From contig JBOGBZ010000042.1 in assembly GCA_051656485.1 (NCBI GenBank), forward strand, positions 12,568-76,567: 64,000 bases of DNA. Direction: 5' to 3'. A program made the translations under genes and the position numbers. This document shows positions 18,274 through 27,361 of the stretch, piece after piece. Source of the stretch: Cellulosilyticaceae bacterium. Its GTDB lineage: Bacteria > Bacillota > Clostridia > Lachnospirales > Cellulosilyticaceae. The notes under the pieces are model-generated. The model saw nothing but the letters and a program-made list of their open reading frames with translations, had not been told where the DNA came from and did no database searches. How positions within the stretch are numbered: the first letter of the stretch is position 1; the number at the start of each line of letters is the position of its first letter.

Positions 18274-20682
18274 CTATGACCTAATGCGCAAATTCCATAC
18301 ACCCATATGATTAGGATTATTCTTCTCTAATGCACGCATTGACTCTTGTAATTCAATCTCTTCAGTTGCCTTATTTACCATTTTTCTCCTATGGGCTGTT
18401 TCGTTAGTGTCTACCTTTTCTTTTGACCTCTCCTCTATTTTTTCTTCTCTTCTGCTCTTATTTGCTTGAGATACGATAAACGTATAGGTAATCGTCTTAC
18501 CATCTTCTGTTATTTTGACACCTGTGCGTGTTTCTAAAGTCTTATCAAAGAAATAATATGCCGTTGGTGCACTTAATGTAGCTTTATAAATATATATTTT
18601 GTCCTCCTCTACCACACTTACTCCATCTACCGATATTAGATGATTATCTACATCATAAACCTGCCACATTGGTCTAAGGACCATTCCCTCTACATTAGTT
18701 CTTACTTCACTCGATTCAGGTAATGTTATAGCATCCCCTATCCCTATCTCTTCCTTTGCCATAGATGGCTCTCCATACAATTTTGTAATAATAATGTGAT
18801 TCGTATAAACCCGCTTTTTCGTAATGCTACTTGCCCCTTCTTTAGCAGTCTCCATAAGACGCTGATACACGATATAATCTGTATACGGCTCAAGTTCTCC
18901 AAACTTTATTTCTTGCCTAAATATTTTTGGTACCTCCTCTATTTCTCTTCCAAGTGCATATTCATATCCCTTAATTTTCTTGATGCGGATAGTCTGGGAA
19001 GTTACATCTTCTACTACTGGCACTAGCACTTCCCCCACATAAGGATATTTCTTAATCTCTTCCGTAATCTGGTAAACCTCTCCTAATGCATCGGGGGTTG
19101 TTACCTCTACTACTAGATACTTGCCTATATCCTCTACCGTAGGTTGATATGTTTGATTTGTACTGAGTACTATACTATAGTCTATTCCTACTTTACTATC
19201 TGTTGTAGACCTATACCACCTATACACCAAGCGAGATGTTATTTTCAATTGCCTTGCATCTACAACAACAGGTACATCTATTCGTGGTGGATTCCCTTGT
19301 CTAAAGACAATTTCCCCTTGTTGCTCTGGCAAAATAATTGGTTCAAAATCAATACGTATCTCTAACTTCATACTTTTTTGTGCTTTATCTCTATTAATAA
19401 AAGCTTCTTGATTTTCACCTGCAAAAACTTCTGTTTCCTCAAATGCATAACCTGCCTTAGCTTCAAGGTACAACATTAACTTATAAGCTGTACTATAAAT
19501 ACACATTGTATGTGCTGGCTCCCAGCGTACTTCTTGTATACTATAATTTGTATCATGTGTTTTAAATGTTTGCTGTAGTTTTTCTCCCACTATAAGTTTA
19601 TTTACTGCCAAAGAAACCACATGAATGATCTTAAGATTTTTTAAATGCTCTACCATTTCATCTTGTTGATTGGTTAGTCCTACAAGAATAGGTAGCTTCC
19701 CTTGTCTTAAAATCCACCCATTGCCATAATTAAATTCTTTCGTCAAATAGGTAACCTCTGTATTAATAGCTTCTCGCGTTAAATCTTCACCATCTTTGTT
19801 TAGTAAAGTTCCATTTTTTTGGTACTGCCCATTAACTAACATCTCTAAAAAAGCATAGTTGATGCCCATTCCACTTTCTTCTCCGCTGATCCTTCCAATA
19901 ATACTTCCTTCAATCGCTTCATTTAAGGCAATACAATTAGTCGTATTATTTTTTTCGCTCTGTGTTTCACCATGTTTTTCGCTTTTCCCTACAATGCCTC
20001 CTATAAAGCTTTCACCTTTCAGCCTCATTATACTATAGCAACTCCGTATAGAGCTTCCTGTACCATTATATCCTACAATACCACCCAGACACCCTTTCTG
20101 CATCTTGCCTTCTCCTTCTGTATAGCAATGCTCCACAACAGATTTATAGCCATTATACCCCACTATCCCCCCTATTGTTTTTCCTTCCCCTTCTATACTT
20201 ATAGAAGCATAGCAATGCCTGATATAATTGTAATAATCTGCATAGCCTATAAGCCCACCGCCATAGCTTCCCTGCATTATAATTGTTCCTTTCACAAAGC
20301 ACTTCTCTACCGTACTATTGGCACTTATTTTCCCGACTAGCCCTCCTACGTATTCTCTTCCATGGACAAGGCAATCTATAATGCCTATATTTTTAATTTC
20401 ACTATATTCTACTATGCCAAATAGACCTATATAATCTTTTTGATTAAGTTGTATTTTCATCTGTGTAATAAGATGCCCATCCCCATCAAAACAGCCTCTA
20501 AAAGGATATCGCTCATTACCTATAGGTGACCAGTTTCTTCCTATTAATGTAATATCTTGTACAAGTTTTACATGGACCTTCTCTTCTTCTAACTCCCCAC
20601 TATTCACCTTATCACGCAACACTTCCATATCTACTATGGAGCTTATAATATACGGTTCTATAGCCTTCCCTGTTCCTTTCAT
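18274..20682 (-). CDS. GLUG-motif repeat protein with long uncharacterised C-terminal region
   Basis: 802 aa. N-terminal W.PIG..PF.G.FDGDGH.I module followed by ~6 GGLVG/GGIVGYNG (GLUG-like) repeats. No signal peptide. Lys/Glu-rich tail. Confidence 0.65.
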   Translation of the reverse strand: MKGTGKAIEPYIISSIVDMEVLRDKVNSGELEEEKVHVKLVQDITLIGRNWSPIGNERYPFRGCFDGDGHLITQMKIQLNQKDYIGLFGIVEYSEIKNIGIIDCLVHGREYVGGLVGKISANSTVEKCFVKGTIIMQGSYGGGLIGYADYYNYIRHCYASISIEGEGKTIGGIVGYNGYKSVVEHCYTEGEGKMQKGCLGGIVGYNGTGSSIRSCYSIMRLKGESFIGGIVGKSEKHGETQSEKNNTTNCIALNEAIEGSIIGRISGEESGMGINYAFLEMLVNGQYQKNGTLLNKDGEDLTREAINTEVTYLTKEFNYGNGWILRQGKLPILVGLTNQQDEMVEHLKNLKIIHVVSLAVNKLIVGEKLQQTFKTHDTNYSIQEVRWEPAHTMCIYSTAYKLMLYLEAKAGYAFEETEVFAGENQEAFINRDKAQKSMKLEIRIDFEPIILPEQQGEIVFRQGNPPRIDVPVVVDARQLKITSRLVYRWYRSTTDSKVGIDYSIVLSTNQTYQPTVEDIGKYLVVEVTTPDALGEVYQITEEIKKYPYVGEVLVPVVEDVTSQTIRIKKIKGYEYALGREIEEVPKIFRQEIKFGELEPYTDYIVYQRLMETAKEGASSITKKRVYTNHIIITKLYGEPSMAKEEIGIGDAITLPESSEVRTNVEGMVLRPMWQVYDVDNHLISVDGVSVVEEDKIYIYKATLSAPTAYYFFDKTLETRTGVKITEDGKTITYTFIVSQANKSRREEKIEERSKEKVDTNETAHRRKMVNKATEEIELQESMRALEKNNPNHMGVWNLRIRS

Positions 20683-20824
20683 TCTTTTTCCCCCTCTTTA
20701 TCTCTAACTTTTTCACTAGCTATAATAAATATATGTTTTTTAATTAGAAAAGTACCATATTTTTACACCTTAATCTTCTATCTTTCTCCTGCATCTCATA
20801 TATATAAAAAAATATGAAAGGAGC

Positions 20825-22042
20825 ATGTCCATGCATTCCTATACAATCCAATTTGACAATGCGGCCACCACACCTCCTCTTCCTGCTGTTAATACCGCTG
20901 TTCAGAAAGCCCTTATACACTATGCTTCTCTTAATCGTAGCACTAGTACTGATAGTGATTTTTCCACCCTTACTTATGCCCGTACCAAACAATCCATTTT
21001 GTCTTTTCTAGGTCTTTCCACACCACAAGACTATACCGTTGTTTATACCAAAAATACAACAGAGGGTATCAATCTTTTAGCTCATACACTTATTAAAGAC
21101 AAAAATACAAAAGTTCTCCTTACGCGTATGGAGCACCACTCTAACGACCTTCCTTGGCGTTACCATGCAACTCCAGAATATGTAGAGATTGACCCTCTAG
21201 GTCGACTCGATTTAGAAGACCTTCAACGTCACTTAGAAGCTTCACAAGGGGATATAGCCTATGTCTGTGTAACGGCTGCTTCTAACGTAACTGGCTACGA
21301 AACTCCCATTCATCAAATTGCTAAATTAGCACATCATTACAATGCCCAAATCATTGTTGATGCTGCACAACTGGTAGCTCATAAGCCTATCAACATGCTA
21401 GGCAACTCAAAAGAAGAAGCCCTTGACTACTTGGTCTTTTCCGGTCACAAAATGTATGCCCCCTATGGCTCAGGTGTTATTGTCGGTCGTTTTCCTCCTA
21501 GTGCTACCCTTAATCCTTTTATACTAGGTGGGGGTACTGTACGGCAGGTAACCGATACACAGTATCTCCCCTCTGATGCTCCTCATGGTCTTGAAGGGGG
21601 TACACAAAATCTACTCGGGGCTATAGCTATTGAAGCTGCTCTACAAGAAATCCTTCGTCGGGGCTTCCCTTCTATTGTGGCACATGAAACAAAGCTCCAA
21701 ACATATCTTATAGAAAATCTTCGTGACCTCCGCCATATTATTCTTTATGGTGATAGCTATAACTTTACAGATCGATTAGGCGTCATCCCCTTTAATATCA
21801 AAGGCATACCTTACGGTGAAGTATCCTCTCGTTTATCTCAGCAGTTTCATATAGCTACACGCTGTGGCAAAATGTGTGCTCATCCCTATGTTGAACGCCT
21901 ACTCCATACATCTCCTGAAACCGTTCAACATGTCCCTCACTATTATGGTGAAGAAGGTATGGTTCGCATAAGTATTGGCCTTCTTAATACCCTTGAAGAT
22001 TGCACCTATTTACTTGAAATATTAGCTACACACTTCCATTAA
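20825..22042 (+). CDS. Class V-fold PLP-dependent aminotransferase / cysteine desulfurase-like enzyme
   Basis: FDNAATTPP N-terminus, HHSN motif, PLP lysine motif FSGHKMYAPYG. 405 aa; ATG at 20831 has better RBS spacing. Confidence 0.8.
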   Translation: MSMHSYTIQFDNAATTPPLPAVNTAVQKALIHYASLNRSTSTDSDFSTLTYARTKQSILSFLGLSTPQDYTVVYTKNTTEGINLLAHTLIKDKNTKVLLTRMEHHSNDLPWRYHATPEYVEIDPLGRLDLEDLQRHLEASQGDIAYVCVTAASNVTGYETPIHQIAKLAHHYNAQIIVDAAQLVAHKPINMLGNSKEEALDYLVFSGHKMYAPYGSGVIVGRFPPSATLNPFILGGGTVRQVTDTQYLPSDAPHGLEGGTQNLLGAIAIEAALQEILRRGFPSIVAHETKLQTYLIENLRDLRHIILYGDSYNFTDRLGVIPFNIKGIPYGEVSSRLSQQFHIATRCGKMCAHPYVERLLHTSPETVQHVPHYYGEEGMVRISIGLLNTLEDCTYLLEILATHFH

Positions 22043-22079
22043 GAAAAGTGGATATCGCACCTTGCGATACCCACTTTTC
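22043..22079. terminator. Bidirectional rho-independent terminator
   Basis: GAAAAGTGG.TATCGCA-CCT-TGCGATA.CCACTTTTC, between convergent genes. Confidence 0.8.
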
Positions 22080-22110
22080 TTAGTTTTTATTATCTTATTA
22101 GGCTTTTGGG

Positions 22111-23121
22111 TTAAATACCGTAGAGAATATACTCTGTTGGAAAATAAGGCGTTCCATAATACCTTATATAAAAATGATAGGAGTCATCTATTTCATGAAT
22201 CATACGTGCAATTTTCCAAATATCTTTATGATTATGATAAATGCTTATGGCTAGTTTGGGATGATTTTTCTTAATCTGCTCTGCACATCCTAAAATAGCT
22301 TCTTCTTCTCCACCTTCTATATCCATCTTAATAAAGGTTGCCTTCTCAACTAAATCATCATCTATTTTCACTACCGGTACTGAGAGTTCTCCACTATCCG
22401 CAAGTTGACTTACTGGTGAGACATTGCCTGATTCAAAATACATAACACCTTCTTTACTACTTGCACCTTTTGCTCGAATAACCACATTGTTAAGCTGAAA
22501 ATTCTTGATATTCTGGTTGATATAGTCTATATTTGCAGGTACTATTTCATAGCAATAAATGGTCTTGTAGCAATCTTTCCCAAAGTTTTGGACATAGCTT
22601 ACTAAAGTATCTCCTACATAAGCACCAATATCAACAAAAACCTCATCTTTGCTACATTTTATAATGTCCTGGTCAAAATACTGCTCAAAAGTTTTATCAT
22701 GTATTTGATTAATCTTTTCAAAGTTTGACATCAGCCAATAGTAGAGTATGTTCGTAAATACCCTCTTGGAACGCACATCTGCAAGATGCTTATACACCCA
22801 TTCCAAATCTTCTCTATGTCCAACCAGCGCTTCCGCTCTACTCTCCGCTAGAGCATAATCTCCTTTGTCCGGATAATAGGTCCCCCAAAGCTTATACTTA
22901 TTACAGTAGTCTACGGTACTCATATACTGAGGATTATTCACCTCTTTAAGATGTTTTAGGTTTTGTATAATAGCATCTTTTATTTGGGTATAATCTCTTT
23001 CTTTTACAAATTCCATTAGCGCCTTAAACTCCGTGTCTATTTGAGTTGGCATATACTCTCCTAAAAATTCTCCCCCTTGCTTCAGGTCTTTATTTTTTAT
23101 AGCTTTTGATTGAGCTGGCAT
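22111..23121 (-). CDS. FkbM-family SAM-dependent methyltransferase
   Basis: VFVDIGAYVGDT SAM motif, C-terminal FIKMDIEGGEEEAILG. An alternative ATG at 23052 has a better AGGAG RBS. Confidence 0.75.
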   Translation of the reverse strand: MPAQSKAIKNKDLKQGGEFLGEYMPTQIDTEFKALMEFVKERDYTQIKDAIIQNLKHLKEVNNPQYMSTVDYCNKYKLWGTYYPDKGDYALAESRAEALVGHREDLEWVYKHLADVRSKRVFTNILYYWLMSNFEKINQIHDKTFEQYFDQDIIKCSKDEVFVDIGAYVGDTLVSYVQNFGKDCYKTIYCYEIVPANIDYINQNIKNFQLNNVVIRAKGASSKEGVMYFESGNVSPVSQLADSGELSVPVVKIDDDLVEKATFIKMDIEGGEEEAILGCAEQIKKNHPKLAISIYHNHKDIWKIARMIHEIDDSYHFYIRYYGTPYFPTEYILYGI

Positions 23122-23252
23122 AGTTAAGTAACCCCCTAAAATTTTCTATTCTTCACATTATATGTAACAAAAAGGTGACCTGTGCCTTTTAAGTCAAAAA
23201 GGCCAATTAAAGTGTATGCTTTAATCAGCCTTTTAAATTTACTTGACAGCTA

Positions 23253-23762
23253 CTAGAAGCATTGTCTTGATGTAACCGTACATCCACTATTGATGTAACT
23301 TCCGCCACAAGTATTGTTGGTATTACCACATGGGATAGGTGTACTACCGCAACCACCATTTGCTCCGCCTTCTGTACATACGATATTTTGTGTTCCTAAA
23401 CAATAGTTTCCATTGGTCATATTAACTGGTGTACGATGGTAAACATTATATTCTGCATAGTAATTTGTATTATATTTATAATCAGTTACATAGTAATGAT
23501 TAAATTTTCTGTAGTAGTTATTATAATAATTTGATGTTGTTAAATTTTGCATTGTGCCTTGTGTGTCATATGCTACATTATAAGTTTGCCCTGTAGCTAA
23601 ATCTACATTTTCTACACGACTGCAGTTAGGTCCCAAATTAGGGTTTTGACATTGTTGTGGGCTTCCACATGGTACTGGGGCTACGTTTCCACATGGTGCT
23701 GGGGCTACGTTTCCACACTGAGTTGGTTGTTGGCATGGACATGTACTTTGATTGGTATACAT
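23253..23762 (-). CDS. Cys/Asn/Tyr-rich small protein (spore-coat-like composition), unknown family
   Basis: 169 aa, strong AGGAGG RBS. Duplicated CGNVAPxPCG. Core NYYNNYYRKFNHYYVTDYKYNTNYY is shared with 61619..61957. Cys-rich C-terminus. Confidence 0.6.
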   Translation of the reverse strand: MYTNQSTCPCQQPTQCGNVAPAPCGNVAPVPCGSPQQCQNPNLGPNCSRVENVDLATGQTYNVAYDTQGTMQNLTTSNYYNNYYRKFNHYYVTDYKYNTNYYAEYNVYHRTPVNMTNGNYCLGTQNIVCTEGGANGGCGSTPIPCGNTNNTCGGSYINSGCTVTSRQCF

Positions 23763-23811
23763 TGGATTACCTCCTAGAAATGTGTTTTTTTTAGCAAGTC
23801 TGCTATCACTA

Positions 23812-23838
23812 ATAATATATGCGTATAATGTCTAAAGG
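23812..23838 (-). promoter_or_regulatory. sigmaK-type (mother-cell) promoter-like motif
   Basis: Minus strand reads AC-N16-CATATATTA, about 50 nt upstream of ATG 23762. Confidence 0.4.
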
Positions 23839-23901
23839 TGCATACTGAGGTCAAAAAAACCTTTAGTTCAATAAATAGCCATTGACCTAAAGGCTTTTTC
23901 A

Positions 23902-25395
23902 TTATAACCTATTCAGTATTTCTTGAAGTCGATGTTTATACGTATGTTGACTATATACCTTATGCATTCCCCTTTCTACCCTTTGGGTAACTGTCTCTGA
24001 TTGACTGAGTATTTTTTCTATAAAAGTTACAGTCTCTTCTTCGCTATTGGCTATGAATACCTCTTCACCAAACTGTGCTCTTATTCCATCCGAGTCACTA
24101 CTTATAATAGGTGTTCCACAGGCTAGTAACTCATAAATACGCCTTGGTATCATCCACTTACTTTCATGAATAGACTGTACATTTAAAAACATCTCATATT
24201 GCCTATAAGCTTCATTCATAGCACTATACGGCAATTTGCCTACAATACACTTTTGATAAATCTCTGGCCACTGCCATTGCTTATTTTGCACCATTTCCTT
24301 CTTATCATAATTTCTATCAAAAATTTCTAAATTATACTGGATAGCAGGTTTTAGAATATACTCCATATCTCTCATACGCTGTCTATACTTCTCTCCATAC
24401 CATGAACCCGCAAAAGCTACTTTTCCTAATGGTGATTCCATCCGTCCTCTGTTATGATGCAATAAAGGCTGTGCCGCAAAGGGTAGTATAAAAGCTCTTT
24501 CCTTTTTGCTCATACCTTGATGGATTGCTAACACATTTTCATCCGTTACTCCTACATAATCAAATAAACTTGCCGTACTGATAAAATAGTAAAAATTATT
24601 TATTCCTTCTTTGTCCCAAAATACCGTTGGAATTTTCTTTTGGTTACAATACTTAATGAGTTGCCTCATATTTTCATCATAGTAGGCACCTAGTCTTGCA
24701 ATTCGACTGGTCCAACTTCCATTTTTACCTTGCCACGCTGATTCTACCAACAGCATATCCGGTGCAAATGCTTCTATCTCTTCTTGCCATTTATCAGATG
24801 TCAGTTGCATAAATTGTGCTTCATACCTCCAACATTCATAACTAAATTCATCTAAGATACATGCTATTTTTAATGCATTCTCAGGTACTTTTACGGGTTC
24901 TTCTAATGCCTTTTTTTGCCGCCATGTATCATAAAATACATCTATTTTCTTCGCTTTATCGGTCTCATAATTCAAATATACTTTATCTATAGCTTCAATG
25001 GTTAATTTTTCAATCCTAACCTTCCCACTTCCCTTAAATCTTAAGACAATATAGATACTATCCAAACTTTCACTTAGTAATTGAATAGGTTGATTGGGAG
25101 GATAAAAAGTTGTCTCACTACTTCCATTTGTGTAATATTTAGCAATACCAATTTCTACCTCAACTCCACCACTACGGACTATGTGAGTTATTATTTCATA
25201 AGTATTATATCGATCTGTTAATGTAATTAATTTTTTTAACTTATGCTCCAAATCTCTATAAGCCATGGTACATGTTTCTAAACCTGTATGTGTAATAACC
25301 ATTTGTCCATCTCGGTAGCACATCATAGGCTCTCCTAAACTTACTAACCATTCACTCACTTTAAATGCTTGTATTTGCAAGATATTCTTTCTCAT
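23902..25395 (-). CDS. CgeB-like spore-maturation glycosyltransferase family protein
   Basis: 497 aa. Central IACILDEFSYECW..LLVESAWQG and C-terminal IPRRIYELLACGTPIIS resemble CgeB-type (DUF3880 + Glyco_trans_1_2) proteins. ATGA overlap with the upstream gene. Confidence 0.65.
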   Translation of the reverse strand: MRKNILQIQAFKVSEWLVSLGEPMMCYRDGQMVITHTGLETCTMAYRDLEHKLKKLITLTDRYNTYEIITHIVRSGGVEVEIGIAKYYTNGSSETTFYPPNQPIQLLSESLDSIYIVLRFKGSGKVRIEKLTIEAIDKVYLNYETDKAKKIDVFYDTWRQKKALEEPVKVPENALKIACILDEFSYECWRYEAQFMQLTSDKWQEEIEAFAPDMLLVESAWQGKNGSWTSRIARLGAYYDENMRQLIKYCNQKKIPTVFWDKEGINNFYYFISTASLFDYVGVTDENVLAIHQGMSKKERAFILPFAAQPLLHHNRGRMESPLGKVAFAGSWYGEKYRQRMRDMEYILKPAIQYNLEIFDRNYDKKEMVQNKQWQWPEIYQKCIVGKLPYSAMNEAYRQYEMFLNVQSIHESKWMIPRRIYELLACGTPIISSDSDGIRAQFGEEVFIANSEEETVTFIEKILSQSETVTQRVERGMHKVYSQHTYKHRLQEILNRL

Positions 25396-26456
25396 TCAAT
25401 TCCCCCTTGCTTTAGAATTTCTCTATTTCTAAGCACCACATAATCATTTACTTTTACTTTTCCCGCTTCTTCATTATGATAAATTGCTTGTTCAATATCT
25501 CCCATAAGTGCATAACACCTACATAACCCCAAATGAGGCAAATATTTATCATAATCATAATACTGCGCACTTATCTTATGTATATTCTCGGGTAAATCTA
25601 GCGTTAATTCATACCAAAAAATAGCTTTTTCATACACTCCCTCTTCCATGTAATACTCTGCTATTTCATAACAAATTTCTTTTCTTGGTTCAGTATATTT
25701 AAAGCTCTCATACAATATAGGTAAACTCACCTCCTTTAATGACTTGTTGCAATAAGCAATCATTAGACATGCATTGGCACATTCTTCACCATTACTTGAT
25801 TGATTCTCTAGTATACCCTCAAAAATCTGCCTTGCTTTTTCATACTGTTTGTTTTCAAAAAGCTCTCTGCCATAATAAAGTGTTCCTCTATTAGACAGAC
25901 TATTCCCTGCCTTTAAGTAGCCTTCATAGATTTCTAAATTCCTTGTTTTTCCTGTACTTCTACCTGTGTGGGTAATATAAATATCTGAGTAAATCATATT
26001 ACCTTTCACTTCGAGCACCTCATGTACAGGCTCGACCCACTTGGCACCCAATGCCCTTTTAATAAGCCTTTCTCGATAATACGACAATAATACATTTCCC
26101 TTCTTATCAAAATCTACATAATAGTTCATAAGCACTACATCTGTCTTTTCATCTATCAGTGTCTTTAGTGCTTTCAATTTATTTCCTTCTTCTTTTTCAA
26201 TCACATCATCTGCATCTAGCCACATGATATAATCTTTTGTAGCATATGAAAAAGAAATATTTCTTGCTTTGGCAAAGTCATTTTCCCACTGCATATCAAA
26301 TATTTTATCTGTGTACCCCTTTGCGATTTGTTTCGTTTCATCAGTAGATCCCGTATCTACTATAATTATTTCATCTACTATATCCTTCACACTATCTAGA
26401 CATACTTTGAGAGTTTTTTTTGCATCTTTTACAATCATACATAAACTTATTGTCAT
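25392..26456 (-). CDS. GT2 (GT-A) glycosyltransferase fused to C-terminal TPR repeats (SunS-like architecture)
   Basis: ISLCMIVKDA..CLDSVKDIVDEIIIVDTGSTDETK..WENDFAKARN..WLDADDV, then TPR-like helices. Start chosen by homology to 44999..46075; the ORF extends to 26477. Confidence 0.8.
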   Translation of the reverse strand: MTISLCMIVKDAKKTLKVCLDSVKDIVDEIIIVDTGSTDETKQIAKGYTDKIFDMQWENDFAKARNISFSYATKDYIMWLDADDVIEKEEGNKLKALKTLIDEKTDVVLMNYYVDFDKKGNVLLSYYRERLIKRALGAKWVEPVHEVLEVKGNMIYSDIYITHTGRSTGKTRNLEIYEGYLKAGNSLSNRGTLYYGRELFENKQYEKARQIFEGILENQSSNGEECANACLMIAYCNKSLKEVSLPILYESFKYTEPRKEICYEIAEYYMEEGVYEKAIFWYELTLDLPENIHKISAQYYDYDKYLPHLGLCRCYALMGDIEQAIYHNEEAGKVKVNDYVVLRNREILKQGGIE

Positions 26457-26545
26457 TTTAAATTTTGCTCCCTTCATCTTTCCAACAGGATAAGAGGAAG
26501 AGATTATGTTCTATCCTCTCATCTCTCCCTCTTATGGTTTATTGA

Positions 26546-27202
26546 CTAATACAGTTGTACCATTCTTATATTTATATTGGCTACTTCTGCACCAAGCGTT
26601 CCTGTTTCATATGCAAGCTCCAACGTATGACATCCTGCTGGTACCGTAACAATTGCCCCACCTGAGATAGCTTCATATCCTATCTCTCCTGGACTTGTGG
26701 TTATACTATTACTTGATCCTGGCACTGGTGTACCATCTAATAAAAGCTGAAGTTTTGCACTTCCGGGGTCATTAAGTGGGTCTATAGCGCCACTCCATTC
26801 TATCAAGTACGTATAGGGCCCTCTTACTTTAAGTGGATTGATCTGACAAATAGTAGGTCCTATTTTTGAATAAACTGTATCAATAGGTATTGTTCCTGCT
26901 GGTCCCCCTACAAGCATGGTAGCACCACTTCCTACATGTGCATTTCCCTTAATAGGACATGGACATGGTGGTACTGGTGGTACTGGTGGTGGGCATGGTG
27001 GCTTTGGTGGGCATGGGCATGTTGAGCATGGTGGACATGGTTCTCCTGAACCTTGACAAGGGTTTAATGGGTAGACAGAACGTGGATATTCTGTCACTAC
27101 TGGGCAAGGACAACTTTTTTTATTACCTATTGCATAACTTTGAGTATTTGCCCCTATAGATCTACACCCTGTTGTTTGAGTTGAACAGCTATTGCAATTC
27201 AT
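26546..27202 (-). CDS. Cys/Pro-rich stalk protein with BclA-CTD/C1q-like C-terminal domain
   Basis: 218 aa. N-terminal CPCP..PPCSTCPCPPKPPCPPPVPPVPPCPCP. The C-terminal ~135 aa (IPIDTV..GPYTYLIEWSG..LLLDGTPVPGSSNS..ANINIRMVQLY) parallels the BclA C-terminal jelly-roll pattern. Confidence 0.65.
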   Translation of the reverse strand: MNCNSCSTQTTGCRSIGANTQSYAIGNKKSCPCPVVTEYPRSVYPLNPCQGSGEPCPPCSTCPCPPKPPCPPPVPPVPPCPCPIKGNAHVGSGATMLVGGPAGTIPIDTVYSKIGPTICQINPLKVRGPYTYLIEWSGAIDPLNDPGSAKLQLLLDGTPVPGSSNSITTSPGEIGYEAISGGAIVTVPAGCHTLELAYETGTLGAEVANINIRMVQLY

Positions 27203-27316
27203 ATTACCGCCTCCTATAAAATCTTATTTTTTATTACTAGCCATAGCTATAGTATATAATACTCAATCTTGTCACATTTGGTTAATACTATCTTTTATCT
27301 TTTATTAATCTCTCTT

Positions 27317-27356
27317 CAAAAAAAAGTATCTCTTGTTACCAAAAGATACTTTTTTA
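27317..27356 (-). terminator. Rho-independent terminator of 27362..28078
   Basis: AGTATCT, 12-nt loop, AGATACT. T8 on the minus strand immediately after the stop. Confidence 0.7.
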
Positions 27357-27361
27357 TTTCC

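Noticed and set aside
20744-20992. Small overlapping ORFs such as 20744..20992(-), 2443..2682(-), 22062..22274(+) and 13021..13203(-), plus the many 60-120-aa ORFs antisense to long genes.
   Set aside because: They are fully embedded in or antisense to strongly supported CDSs, lack an RBS and have odd composition. Treated as chance ORFs in AT-rich DNA.
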